Part shown: piece by piece, positions 49,445 to 59,615 of the stretch
Layout of the letters: each line of letters begins with the position of its first letter
How positions within the stretch are numbered: the stretch's first letter is position 1
Source: Gemmatimonadota bacterium
GTDB lineage: Bacteria; Gemmatimonadota; Gemmatimonadetes; Palauibacterales; KS3-K002
Assembly (NCBI GenBank): GCA_039586795.1
Contig: JBDHJS010000015.1
Span: 32,001-96,000 of the forward strand
Reading direction: 5' to 3'
DNA: 64,000 nt
The notes under the pieces: generated by a model
Database searches by the model: none
Told to the model about the DNA's origin: nothing
The model's input: the letters and a program-made list of their open reading frames with translations, nothing else
Made by a program: the position numbers and the translations under genes

Positions 49445-50443
49445 TCAGAAGAAGTAGCGCAGGTTAATGGTCGTGCCAGTGGTCTTCGAGCTTTCCTGGT
49501 TCCGCAGAGGTGTAAGCGCCCCAAAGATGTCGATGCTGAAACTGAATTGGGGACGTCCAGTGTAGGCGATGCTCAGACCGAGCGACTGCACGTCGCCAGT
49601 GATGTCTTCGCCGCCTTCCGGGAACGAATCCAGATCGTAGCTGAGCACGAAGCCGATCGGCACAGCTGTCAGAACGCCAAGATCGGCGTCGACGGCGATT
49701 CCGAAATCATAGAACCATTCGCTGTCGCTCGTTCGGGTTACCGATTCGCCATAACCCGTTCCCCCGTTTGCGACCAGACCGAAAGCCGGGCTGATCGCCC
49801 AGGCGAAGCGGAGGCCACCACCGCCGCGCGTTGCCGGAACGTTCCTGACTAGGCTGGCGGGGTTACCGTTGATGATATCGTCGACAAAACGCTCAATACT
49901 GATCGCAGTATATCTTCGATTCGCTAGCTTCAGCTCGCCGGAAAGCATCGTCCGGTTGCTTGTGAATAGCTTGAACAGCCACCCGAACTCGAACCCCGTA
50001 GCCGCGGTTATGCCCTGGGTCAAGAGCGCCTGAACACCACTGCCCAGGCGGCCGACGATGCGGAATTGCGCACGCACGGCGAGCCAGGAAGCGATGGCTT
50101 GCTGGTACTCGAAGTCCAGGTTGGCGAATATGAGATCGCCCTGAAGGCCGAGAACCTCGACTGTATCGATTTCGATCACCGGGATATTGACGTCGAGGGC
50201 CTTCCCGATCCCGACGGAGTTGCGCAGAAACGTCTTAATGAACGGGTTGGGCACATGTTCCGTAGGAATGAACGTATGGCCGCCAAGCCGTGGCAGTCTG
50301 ATGTCAGCTTCGGCGTATCCGCCGCCCGTCGTTTGCGCACTCACCGGGTGCGGGAGTGCCAAGTAAGGCAGAGCAATGAAGACGAAGGACCAAGGGGCCG
50401 ACATCCGCGATGACAGTCGTCCGGCCTGTGGAACGTTCTTCAT
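49445..50443 (-). CDS. Probable outer-membrane beta-barrel protein, paralog A
   Basis: Signal peptide, amphipathic strands, C-terminal INLRYFF. Confidence 0.75.
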   Translation of the reverse strand: MKNVPQAGRLSSRMSAPWSFVFIALPYLALPHPVSAQTTGGGYAEADIRLPRLGGHTFIPTEHVPNPFIKTFLRNSVGIGKALDVNIPVIEIDTVEVLGLQGDLIFANLDFEYQQAIASWLAVRAQFRIVGRLGSGVQALLTQGITAATGFEFGWLFKLFTSNRTMLSGELKLANRRYTAISIERFVDDIINGNPASLVRNVPATRGGGGLRFAWAISPAFGLVANGGTGYGESVTRTSDSEWFYDFGIAVDADLGVLTAVPIGFVLSYDLDSFPEGGEDITGDVQSLGLSIAYTGRPQFSFSIDIFGALTPLRNQESSKTTGTTINLRYFF

Positions 50444-50447
50444 GAGA

Positions 50448-51098
50448 TCACTCCCGCCCCAGTGGAAGTAAGACACCGGCGTAGAACTGGAAGCCGCTGG
50501 TTCGGAATCTGACCGGCAACGACTCCTCGTCGGGGTTCTCTTCCGAGTTGGCAATGTTGAGGATCGCCTGCTCGTATCGCAGCTCCAGCGTCAGGAGCGG
50601 CGAGCCGATGGGCAATTGCACGCCGAAGGCGAAGTCGGCGGACAGATCGATCTCATGAAAGAGACGGCTGACGTCGGATGACCCGGTGCTCGTGGTTGCC
50701 GTGGCATCGACCAAGTACCCCAGGTTGACCCCGCCGGAGACGTAGGTCTTACCACTACCGGTGACGACCTTGAGCAGAATCGGCATCGTGACGTAGTCGA
50801 GCCTGAAGTCGACGCTGTCGCGCTCCTCTTCCTCCTCCGGGAGCTTCACGGCAAGCGTGAATGGGCGCTGCAGGTACATCGGCTGCAGGCTCAGCTTCAC
50901 GTTCTCGGCCAGCGGAATCTCGCCGACAATTCCAGCCGCGAAGCCCGTTCCGCTCTTATACGAGGTGTTGGAAGGTGCATCACCACTGAGGCTCGTAAGG
51001 TTCACGCCAACTTGCGCTCCGACGGCGAATTGGGCGTTAGCCGATGTCGCTTCGACCAGGCTCAGAACACACGCGGCTAGCAGGAGGTATCTTGTCAT
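50448..51098 (-). CDS. Porin-like / PorT-type 8-stranded OMP beta-barrel
   Basis: Signal peptide, GAQVGVN, LQPMYLQR, LDYVTMPILLK, ELRY. Confidence 0.85.
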   Translation of the reverse strand: MTRYLLLAACVLSLVEATSANAQFAVGAQVGVNLTSLSGDAPSNTSYKSGTGFAAGIVGEIPLAENVKLSLQPMYLQRPFTLAVKLPEEEEERDSVDFRLDYVTMPILLKVVTGSGKTYVSGGVNLGYLVDATATTSTGSSDVSRLFHEIDLSADFAFGVQLPIGSPLLTLELRYEQAILNIANSEENPDEESLPVRFRTSGFQFYAGVLLPLGRE

Positions 51099-51168
51099 GG
51101 TCGATCTCGTTGCTTTTGCGGTGCAGGAGTTGGGGAAGAATAGTGCGTTTCGTCAGGTCGGGCTACGG

Positions 51169-52170
51169 TCAGAAGTAGTAGCGAAGGTTGATGGTCGTGC
51201 TGCCGTTCTTGGAGGGATCCTCCTGGCCGCGCAGCGGTGTGATCGCCAGGTCCATGTCAATGCTCAGGCTGAACTGGGGCCGTCCGGTGTAGGCGATCTT
51301 CAGAAAGAAGGTGTGAACATCGCCCGTGACATTGGCACCTCCCTCCGGGAAAGAATCGACTTCGTATCCGAAGACGAAACCGATCGGCAAGGTGGTAGGG
51401 ACCCCGACGTCGACATCGACGGCGATACCAGCCTCATAGAACGCCTCGTCGTCGTCCTCGCGATCGACGGATTCGCCGTAGCCGGCGCTGGCATCGGCTG
51501 TGAAGCCGACAGTTGGGCTGATCGCCCACGCAAAGCTGCCCCCAGCGCCGCCCCTCATCGAGGGGGTCGTCTTCACCAGGCCGGCCGGCCGACCGGCCAC
51601 GATGTCTTTGAGGAACTGTTCAAGGTTGATCGTCGTGAAGTGTCTGTTGGTGAGACTGAGAGTGCCGGACAGCATCGTCCGCTCGCTGGCGAACAGCTTG
51701 AAGAGCCAGCCTAACTCGAAGCCTGTGGCGGCTGTTATTCCCTGGGCGAGGAGCGCTTCCACGCCGTTGCCGAGGCGGCCCACAACACGAAACTCGCCGC
51801 GCACTGCTAGCCACGGTGTGACTTCTTGCTGGTACTCGAAGTCCAGGTTGGCGAAGACGATATCGCCGGTCAGACCGAGAAGTACAAGCGTATCGGTATC
51901 GATGAGTGGGAACGTGACGTCGTAAGCTCTACCCAATCCCACCGAACTACGAACAAACGTGTTGATTAGTGGGTCCGGCACACGGCGCGTTGGGATGAAC
52001 GTATGCCCGCCGAGGCGCGGCAGTCGTATCTCCTCGCTCTTCACGCCGCCACCTGTCTGTAATGTTGCGGGAACAGCGCTCAAATGCAGTGCCAACAAAG
52101 CCAGCACGGTGCCGCGCTGAACTAGTCGGCACCTTGAAGCCCCGTCGCTGACGGTGATCGTGCTCTTCAA
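51169..52170 (-). CDS. Probable outer-membrane beta-barrel protein, paralog B
   Basis: Shares long blocks with 49445..50443; C-terminal INLRYYF. Start (TTG after GGAG) uncertain. Confidence 0.75.
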   Translation of the reverse strand: MKSTITVSDGASRCRLVQRGTVLALLALHLSAVPATLQTGGGVKSEEIRLPRLGGHTFIPTRRVPDPLINTFVRSSVGLGRAYDVTFPLIDTDTLVLLGLTGDIVFANLDFEYQQEVTPWLAVRGEFRVVGRLGNGVEALLAQGITAATGFELGWLFKLFASERTMLSGTLSLTNRHFTTINLEQFLKDIVAGRPAGLVKTTPSMRGGAGGSFAWAISPTVGFTADASAGYGESVDREDDDEAFYEAGIAVDVDVGVPTTLPIGFVFGYEVDSFPEGGANVTGDVHTFFLKIAYTGRPQFSLSIDMDLAITPLRGQEDPSKNGSTTINLRYYF

Positions 52171-52321
52171 ATCACTTCTCCACTCTACTCCATAGCGCAA
52201 CGCAGTTGGACTGCAAAGCGCACTGGCGTCTAAGCGGGTTGGGGAAGAGTAGAATACTCGGCCAGGCGGGTGCTGCTACCAGAGTACGGCGTGGGGAGCG
52301 AAGAGAGTAGTAAATACGGAA

Positions 52322-52452
52322 GGCGACGCCGGGTGGGGCAGCAGCTTTAGAGCGGAGAGTCCCTGGCGCTGCCGCGGGAACTTGAGCGTCCCACCACCCA
52401 CCGACCTGGCACCGCCTGACGGCGGCCGGCCCCGTATACCGGCGGCGTCACC
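52322..52452 (-). ncRNA. Candidate structured RNA, class unknown
   Basis: Closing stem GGUGACGCCG/CGGCGUCGCC with three internal hairpins; G-U pairs favour the minus strand. Confidence 0.35.
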
Positions 52453-52622
52453 CGTGTTGGGGCCGTCGTCGCGAACATCTTAGTCGACGATCAGCCTGCA
52501 GCTGCTGTACAAAAGCACCCTGGCGTCAAATCAGCGTCAAAAGCCAGGCGGGCTGCCGTCTCAGAACCCGTGGACGTGGCTAAAGTGTCAGCGAAGGCCA
52601 GGGCAAGTGTGACTTGATCCAC

Positions 52623-52676
52623 AAAAAGCGCCCGACACCACAAGGAGAATGCGCTCTTCTCCCGGGCATCGGGCGC
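52623..52676 (-). terminator. Intrinsic terminator after the cyclodeaminase gene
   Basis: Minus strand GCGCCCGAUGCC...GGUGUCGGGCGC followed by UUUUU. Confidence 0.7.
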
Positions 52677-52748
52677 AACACGGGGCACCCGGAATAGCAA
52701 GGGTACCATCTCATAGAACCCTCGGCCTCCGGGCCAGTTCCCCAGGTC

Positions 52749-53696
52749 TCAACCGAGTTTTTGCCAGGCCGCCTCGGCAATGGCCGCATCTTGGGCGCCG
52801 ACGCCGGTGAGGTCACAGATGATAAGCTCGTCAGCCTCGCGACCCGGCTTGGCACCGATCACGATTTGGCCGAGCTCGGCGTGGACGGAGTCGGAGCTCA
52901 AGGCCCCCTCTTCGATGGCGTGGTGGAGCTCGCCGAGGCTGGCGCATTGAGCGAGACGGTCGACGACGATCTTGTCCGCCCTGGTCAAGGCGGCCGTGGG
53001 TAGCTCCCGCTTGTCGGGGCCGTCGGAGCCGACGGCGACCACAGTGGCGTGTGACTGAAGGCTGTCGGCGGCGATCAGCGGCTCGCGACTGGGGGTCACG
53101 GTGATGATCAGGTCTGCCTCTCGGACAGCATCATCGGGCGTTTCGGCAGCGGTGAACGGGATGTCCAACTCGGCTTGCATCTCGCTGCAATAGCGGGAGA
53201 GGCGCTCCGGGTTTGGACTCCAGGCCGCGGTCGCGGACCACTCGCGGACGCCTGCCAACGCTCGGAGCTGGAAACGAGCTTGAACTCCGGAGCCGAGGAC
53301 GGCGACCGACTCGAGCCGTTCGTGGCTGAGGAGCTTGGCCGTGAGCGCTCCAGCTGCGGCCGTACGGAGGTCGGTCAAATAGGCGTTGTCCTGAAGCAGG
53401 ACGGTGGGGAAGCCAGTCTCAGCGTCGAAGACGAGGATCAGTCCTGCACCGCTTGGCAGGCCGCGCTCGACGTTCCGGTAGAAGCCGCTGGCGATCTTGA
53501 TCGCGAAAACCGGGGCTCCGTCCAGATGAGCCGATTTAACGTGGACCTCTCCGTGGGCGTCTGAGAGGTGAAGCCCCATAGGGGGAGGCAGATTGACGGC
53601 ATCGGCACCCAAGGCACGGAACGCCGCTTCGGCCGCAGCGAGTGCCTCCGGCTCTTTAATGGCGCCGCGGATCGTGGCCTCGTCTATCGTTTTCAC
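52749..53696 (-). CDS. Ornithine cyclodeaminase / mu-crystallin family protein
   Basis: LTDLRTAAAG, GSGVQA, VGSD...KREL, DLTGVGAQD. Confidence 0.93.
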   Translation of the reverse strand: MKTIDEATIRGAIKEPEALAAAEAAFRALGADAVNLPPPMGLHLSDAHGEVHVKSAHLDGAPVFAIKIASGFYRNVERGLPSGAGLILVFDAETGFPTVLLQDNAYLTDLRTAAAGALTAKLLSHERLESVAVLGSGVQARFQLRALAGVREWSATAAWSPNPERLSRYCSEMQAELDIPFTAAETPDDAVREADLIITVTPSREPLIAADSLQSHATVVAVGSDGPDKRELPTAALTRADKIVVDRLAQCASLGELHHAIEEGALSSDSVHAELGQIVIGAKPGREADELIICDLTGVGAQDAAIAEAAWQKLG

Positions 53697-53887
53697 AGGC
53701 GTTCTCCAACGTTTCGTGGGGCTTGGCTGTCTTTAGTTTGAAGCGTAGATCGGGATATGTCCATGCGGGTTGCCCGAAGGGCTGCAGCCCGCCGTGGACT
53801 ATCCTCATGGATTGACCGGAGTTGGAGTCTGGAAGAGATTCCAGCAGTATCTCATGAGCTGCCACATTCTATGAGGGGAGAGACGCA

Positions 53888-54784
53888 ATGTTGAGGAATC
53901 TCGGCCGGGGCGCGTTTGCCGGCCTCGTAGTGCTAGCCGGCGGAGCCTGCGGAGATGACGAGCAGCAGCAGATCAACAACCCGCCGCCTCAGGTCGCGCT
54001 GATGACGGCGTACGTCGAGTCGATCAAGACATTGGACGGGTCTGTAGCGGGCACGTTCGTCTCCGATAGCGCACCCACACCCGACGGTGGCCCGACCGCT
54101 ACGGTTGGAGCCAACGGAACCGTGGTGTGGGGTGGCGCGCAGCAGACGTCGTTGAGCGGTTCGGGCGACTTCAGGAAAGTGATCGTCTCGGTTGACGGCG
54201 CCGCCGGACACTACAGCATCGATCTTGGAGCGGACACGGCAGACGTGGAACTTGTGCTAACTTATGCGACGCGTATCCCGGCCACGAACTTTGACCTCAG
54301 GTTCCAGCTGGAGACGCAAGATGGCACGGTGGGTGATGTAGTCGCGCAGAACATGGATCGTGTTGCCGTCGGAACGGGCGTCGTGCAGGTCACCGTGACC
54401 TGGAACACGGGCGCCGACCTCGACCTTCACCTGGTTGAACCGAGTGGGGAAGAGATCTTCTTTGATCATACGGCGGGGGACAAGGACATATTCCCGTCGG
54501 GTGCCCCTTCATCGGCATCGGGCGGCGAGCTCGATCTCACTTCGAACCTGGACTGCGCGGATGGGTCTCGTAACGAGAACATCTACTGGTCGAACAACGC
54601 GCTTTCGGGTATGTACACCGTTCGGTTGGCGCTCATAAGCCCGTGCGGAGCTGCGGCGAGCGACTACGTGGTGACGGTCCGCATGCAGGGACGCGCCCCG
54701 CTGCAGTTCAAGGGCACGATTGACGGACCGCCGACCGGCGGAAACCAAGGAGCGGGCTACCAGGTTGGCACGTTCCTATTCTAG
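53888..54784 (+). CDS. Lipoprotein with YfaP/DUF2135-like domain
   Basis: GGAC lipobox; VTWNTGADLDLHLVEPSGE, GGELD, ENIYW. Confidence 0.8.
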   Translation: MLRNLGRGAFAGLVVLAGGACGDDEQQQINNPPPQVALMTAYVESIKTLDGSVAGTFVSDSAPTPDGGPTATVGANGTVVWGGAQQTSLSGSGDFRKVIVSVDGAAGHYSIDLGADTADVELVLTYATRIPATNFDLRFQLETQDGTVGDVVAQNMDRVAVGTGVVQVTVTWNTGADLDLHLVEPSGEEIFFDHTAGDKDIFPSGAPSSASGGELDLTSNLDCADGSRNENIYWSNNALSGMYTVRLALISPCGAAASDYVVTVRMQGRAPLQFKGTIDGPPTGGNQGAGYQVGTFLF

Positions 54785-54964
54785 ATGACTTCGAAGCAGG
54801 CTTGGCGGTCTCAAGTCGAGCTGAGTGAACGGGGCCGCTGGCATCGAGTCAGCGGCCCTTACTTTTGTGGCTCGGCTGACTGGACGGCACCGCCCTGACG
54901 TCCCATCTTGCGTGCGGCTGATCTGCCGCGCCCAACCAGCCCACCGCAAAAGTACACAGGAATC

Positions 54965-56641
54965 ATGACGACGAAGACGAGCCCATTGAAGAGCGTGACT
55001 CCGGCGGAGTACCAACCGGATCTACCCTTGGAGCGATTGGTGTTGGAGTCCGAACCCGGCGAAGAGGCGGTTCCGGTGGATGTGTTGTTCGTCGGTGGCG
55101 GACCCTCCGGTCTGGCGGGGGCGATAGAGCTTGCCCGGCTAGTGAAGGCGGATAATGAGAATGGCGACGGGATCGGGGAGGTCGAGATCGGGGTCCTGGA
55201 GAAAGCAGGATCGCTGGGCGAGCATTGTCTCTCCGGGGCCATCGTAAATCCGGGCCCATTCCGTGAGCTGTTTCCTGAAGTGAGCGAGACAGACCTTCCT
55301 TTTTGCCGCCCGGCGCCGAAGGATCATGTCTACATGCTCAAGGCAAAGGGCGGCCGTCGGATTCCGACACCGCCAACGATGCACAACAAGGGCAACTACG
55401 TTGCCTCGATTTGCGAGATCGTACGCTGGATGGGCGATCGGGCGGAAGCTGAGGGCATAAACATTTTCACGGGTTTCCCCGCGGAAGCGCTGCTGGCGGA
55501 CGGCGGGCGCGTGCTTGGTGTTAGAACGGTTCCGATGGGCCTGGACCGCGACGGCAACGCCGGCGGGGGCTACGAGCCGCCAGCGGACGTCACGGCGCGT
55601 GTCACGGTGCTCTGCGAGGGTACGCGGGGACCGCTGACACAGGCGTGGCTGGAGCGGGAGCAGGTACGCGCGCAGAACCCGCAGATCTTCGCGCTGGGGG
55701 TGAAGGAGCTCTGGCAGGTGAAGCGGCCGCTGGAGAACGTGATCCACACGATGGGTTGGCCGCTGCCCAAGGATGCGTTCGGCGGTAGCTGGCTGTACCC
55801 GATGGCGGACGATCTCATTTCGATCGGGCTCGTCGTCGGCCTCGACTACCGCCAGACGACGCTTGATGTCCACGTTCTGCTTCAGCAGTTGAAGGAGCAT
55901 CCGCTTGTCGCGCCTTATCTGGAAGGCGGCGAGCTTCTGGAGTGGGGCGCGAAGACGATCCCGGAGGGCGGGTACTACGCATTACCGCAGCGGATGCACG
56001 GCGATGGCCTGCTGATCGCCGGCGACGCGGCGGGATTCGTGGATGTGCCGTCACTAAAGGGGATACACTATGCGGTGCAATCCGGGATGTTCGCGGCCCG
56101 GGCGATCTTCAAAGCCCTGAAAGCAGATGACACTTCAGCCTCCGGGCTGGCGGATTACGACGCGATGGTACGTGACAGCTTCGTCGGCAAAGACCTCTAT
56201 CAGACTCGCAATATGCGGCTGGCCTTCAAGTCAGGGTTCTATGGCGGCGGGTTGAAGGCGGCGCTGATGTCGATGTCGCGCGGCGCGATCTTCGGCGGTC
56301 GAATCGAAGTGCCGGCCGATGCGGATGAGCCGCGGGACGTGACGCCCGCGCCTGAGTTCTCTGCCGATGGCCAGCGCACGATCAGCAAGGTCGACGCGGT
56401 GTTCCGTTCCGGCAACGCAACGCGTGACGACATTCCGTCCCATCTCATCGTAGGGAAGGATGTGCCACCTGAGGTCGCCGATCTTTACGTGCACATGTGT
56501 CCAGCAGGCGTCTACGAGCGCGATGGCGACAAGCTGGTGGTGAACGCGCCGAATTGCGTCGATTGCAAGGCGACCGACGTGATCGGGCCCCGGTGGACGC
56601 CTCGCGAAGGCGGCAGCGGTCCAGCCTATAAGCGGATGTAG
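54965..56641 (+). CDS. Electron transfer flavoprotein-quinone oxidoreductase
   Basis: VGGGPSG, EK..LG.H.LSGA, LGVKELW, GAKTIPEGG, KGIH, C-terminal CPAGVYE..NCVDC. Confidence 0.93.
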   Translation: MTTKTSPLKSVTPAEYQPDLPLERLVLESEPGEEAVPVDVLFVGGGPSGLAGAIELARLVKADNENGDGIGEVEIGVLEKAGSLGEHCLSGAIVNPGPFRELFPEVSETDLPFCRPAPKDHVYMLKAKGGRRIPTPPTMHNKGNYVASICEIVRWMGDRAEAEGINIFTGFPAEALLADGGRVLGVRTVPMGLDRDGNAGGGYEPPADVTARVTVLCEGTRGPLTQAWLEREQVRAQNPQIFALGVKELWQVKRPLENVIHTMGWPLPKDAFGGSWLYPMADDLISIGLVVGLDYRQTTLDVHVLLQQLKEHPLVAPYLEGGELLEWGAKTIPEGGYYALPQRMHGDGLLIAGDAAGFVDVPSLKGIHYAVQSGMFAARAIFKALKADDTSASGLADYDAMVRDSFVGKDLYQTRNMRLAFKSGFYGGGLKAALMSMSRGAIFGGRIEVPADADEPRDVTPAPEFSADGQRTISKVDAVFRSGNATRDDIPSHLIVGKDVPPEVADLYVHMCPAGVYERDGDKLVVNAPNCVDCKATDVIGPRWTPREGGSGPAYKRM

Positions 56642-56699
56642 TCCGGTCCGGAGCGAGCTTGGGGCGTAACGACGACTTGGGCTGTCATTTGGGGGAGCG

Positions 56700-58717
56700 T
56701 TGAACTGGTTCAAGCGGCTGGTCGTCGACATACATCGCCGCTCAATGTGGCAGGTTCTGGGCATCTACCTGCTGGGCGGCCTCGCGGCCTACCAGGTTGT
56801 TCAGAGCCTGACCGAGGGGCTCGGTCTGCCCGCCTACTTTCCGGGGCTGGCCGTCGTCCTGCTCATCATCTTCTTCCCAGTCGTCCTGGCTGTCGCGATG
56901 GTGCGCGAAGAGAAACCTCCCGCACAACCGGCAGACGACGGTCTGGAACGGTCGGCGGAGGGCGGTTCGGAGCTGCCCCCATCCTCTGCGGCCGTCGGGC
57001 GGCGCAGTAGGTTCAGCCTGCGAGGCGCGGCGTTCGGCGTCGTAGCCGTGCTGGCGCTATGGGGAATACTGGCCGGTGTGTGGTTCGTCATCGGGCGTTC
57101 TCCGGCCATGCCGCCGACCCCGGCGACGGGATCACCGAAGAGATCACATCGCGTTTGGCGGAGATCCCCGAGCTTGGGGTGATATCGCGGAGCAGTGCGA
57201 TCACCTACAAGAGGACAGACAAGGACCTGCCGACCATTGCCGCCGAACTTGATGTTGACTTTGTGCTCGAGGGAACGGTCCGCTGGGAGCGCCGGGGCGA
57301 GGGCCAGAACCGGGTGAGAGTCACACCGCAGCTGATTCGCGTCAGCGATGACACGAACGTCTGGACCGAGCGCTATGACGCCGTGCTATCCGAGATCTTC
57401 GCGGTGCAGACCGACATAGCGGAGCAGGTAGCACAGGCTCTCGATGTCACGTTGCTCGAGAGTCAGCGACAAGCGTTCGAGCAGGCGCCGACCGCCAACG
57501 TGGATGCCTGGGATTATTACCTGCAGTGCCGGGACTACTTCTCGAGGGGAACTACATTCGAGCACACGACGATCACGATCGAGATGTGTGAGCGCGCGGT
57601 CGACCTCGACCCGACGCTGGCGCAGGCCTGGGCGCAGCTCGGCATAGCCCATGCGGATATGTACTGGTTCTACTTCGACCGCAGTCAGGCTCGGTTAGAG
57701 ATGGCGGAGGCGGCGGTTAATCGGGCGCTTGACATAGCCCCCGCGTTACCGGAGGCGCACCTAGCTCGCGGTTGGTACTACTACCACGGCAGGCTCGACT
57801 ACGATCGCGCGTTGGAGGCATTCGACGTCGCTCGTCGCAGCCGACCCAACGATTCCGACTTGCTAGCGGCAATCGCATACATGCAGCGAGCGCGGGGTGC
57901 CGAGACGTTCGGCCAGTCTCTCGATAATCTGCGACGGGCCATAGAGTACGATCCTCGAAACCAGACGAAGATCGTGCAGCTGGGGATCAGCTACTTCTAT
58001 ATGCGTCAATTCGCAGAGGCGCTCCGTTACTTTGATCGAGCGATGTCGCTGGCGCCGGATGTGATTCGCCCATATGCATGGAAGGCTCGCCTGTATGTGA
58101 GTTGGCAAGGCGATACTGCGATGGCGCGGCTGGTGTTGGACGAAGCCTCTCGGCGCATCGACCCACGTGTGCTCGACACTCGTGTGTGGGAACACTGGAC
58201 GCTGTTGAGACTGCTCGAAAGGAGCGAGGAAGCGGCGCTGGCTAGGCTGCGAACGTTCGAGCTCGACAGCGCCTACCGGCATCTTGCGGCCGCCGAACTG
58301 TACGGGTTGATGGGGCGGCAAACGGATGCGCGCGCCGAGTATGATTCAGCGCGGCTGATCCTGGAGACGCGGGTCGCCGACATGCCGGGCGAGCCTCGGT
58401 TTCGTGCCAACCTGGGATTGGCCTATGCGGGACTGGGGCGGGCCGATGACGCTGTGCGCGAGGCCCGACGGGCCGTGGAGATCATGCCCTATACGGAGAA
58501 CGCCTTCCACTCCTCGGAGTGGGTCCTGAAGCTGGCCCAGGTCCATGTCATGCTCGGCAACTATGACGAGGCAATAGAGCAGCTGGAATTCGCGCTCTCG
58601 GTGCCTGGCCCGATTTCCGGGCACTGGCTGCGTCTCGATCCCGTCTGGAACCCGCTTCGAAACCACCCACGCTTTCCGGCGCTGCTCGACCGTCCGCACA
58701 GGAGCTTTAGCGACTAG
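56700..58717 (+). pseudogene. Membrane-anchored TolB-like / TPR protein, frameshifted near 57120
   Basis: Frame A has DIHRRSMWQV plus 3 TM segments; frame B has DGITEEITSRL...TPRs...LRNHPRF. The IAVLPF segment is absent. Paralog of 6302..8098. Confidence 0.8.
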
Positions 58718-58795
58718 GTTTGCGGACCGGTGTGTGCCGGATATCTTGTCGGCTGTCCCAACATTCCTCGACCCAACCCTCTCAGGAGGTGGAGT

Positions 58796-59410
58796 ATGCG
58801 ATTGGCCCATGCAGTACTGGCAGCTTTGATCATCGCCGCGCCGGCGCAGGCGCAGGATGAGAAGCGCCCGGCAGATTGGCAGGTGCGATTCGATCGCCCG
58901 AATCCGGACGCGGAGATCTATTTCGTCGACATGCCACCGGGTTGGCACGTGACGACGGGACCTGCGGCGATCCTCTACAATCCATCCCACACCGCCAACG
59001 GTGCGTACCGCGTCGAATCGAAGATCTATTTGTTCCCCGGCCAGACGCGCGAGGGCTTTGGTGTCTTCGTCGGTGGAAAGGATCTGGAAGGATCTGGCCA
59101 GTCCTATGTGTATTTCTTGATTCGTGGTGACGGACGCTACCTGGTGAAGCTTCGAACCGGCAGTCAAACCGAGAACGTTATCCCGTGGACGGCGCACGAG
59201 GCCATCGTCCCACACGAAGGCCAGGATGGGACCGCGGAGAACGTGCTTGCTATCGAGTGCGGTTCGGAGAACGTCGACTTCTTCGTGAACGGCGCGAAGG
59301 TGAATACCCTGGAACGGGGGAATTTGGGAGTCGATGGAATTGTGGGGTTGCGGGTGAATCACTCGTTGAACCTTCATGTTGCTGAGTTGAAGGTCGAATC
59401 GGGGAGCTGA
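58796..59410 (+). CDS. Secreted hypothetical protein, ConA-like beta-sandwich
   Basis: RBS GGAG, signal peptide (AQA|Q), W.VRFD, GWHVTTGPA, FFVNG.KV, GIVGLRVNH. Confidence 0.75.
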   Translation: MRLAHAVLAALIIAAPAQAQDEKRPADWQVRFDRPNPDAEIYFVDMPPGWHVTTGPAAILYNPSHTANGAYRVESKIYLFPGQTREGFGVFVGGKDLEGSGQSYVYFLIRGDGRYLVKLRTGSQTENVIPWTAHEAIVPHEGQDGTAENVLAIECGSENVDFFVNGAKVNTLERGNLGVDGIVGLRVNHSLNLHVAELKVESGS

Positions 59411-59412
59411 TC

Positions 59413-59585
59413 TCGACAGCCGACAGCCGACAGCCGCGTGCCAACGACCGAGGACAATTCGGCGACGAACTCCCGATCCCCGATGTTCGTCGTGCGACTG
59501 TCGCTCGATTTAGGTCGTGCGTCGGACGTCGGTCGCCGAAGAGGACTCGGTCGCCGATGCGCGGCTGTTGGCTGTCGGCTGTCGA
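59413..59585. repeat. Palindromic intergenic element, copy 2 (inverted relative to 14352..14536)
   Basis: TCGACAGCCGACAGCCGACAGCCGCG ... CGCGGCTGTTGGCTGTCGGCTGTCGA; internal blocks match the reverse complement of copy 1. Confidence 0.9.
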
Positions 59586-59615
59586 AACAGTCTCCCACAG
59601 GGAGTCCACTAACTC

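Noticed and set aside
52322..52482. 6S RNA, SRP RNA or tRNA-Sec identity for the structured segment
   Set aside because: Only a short GATGTTCGC resemblance to 6S. No end-to-end rod pairing, no SRP GGAA/GCAGC loop motif and no cloverleaf.
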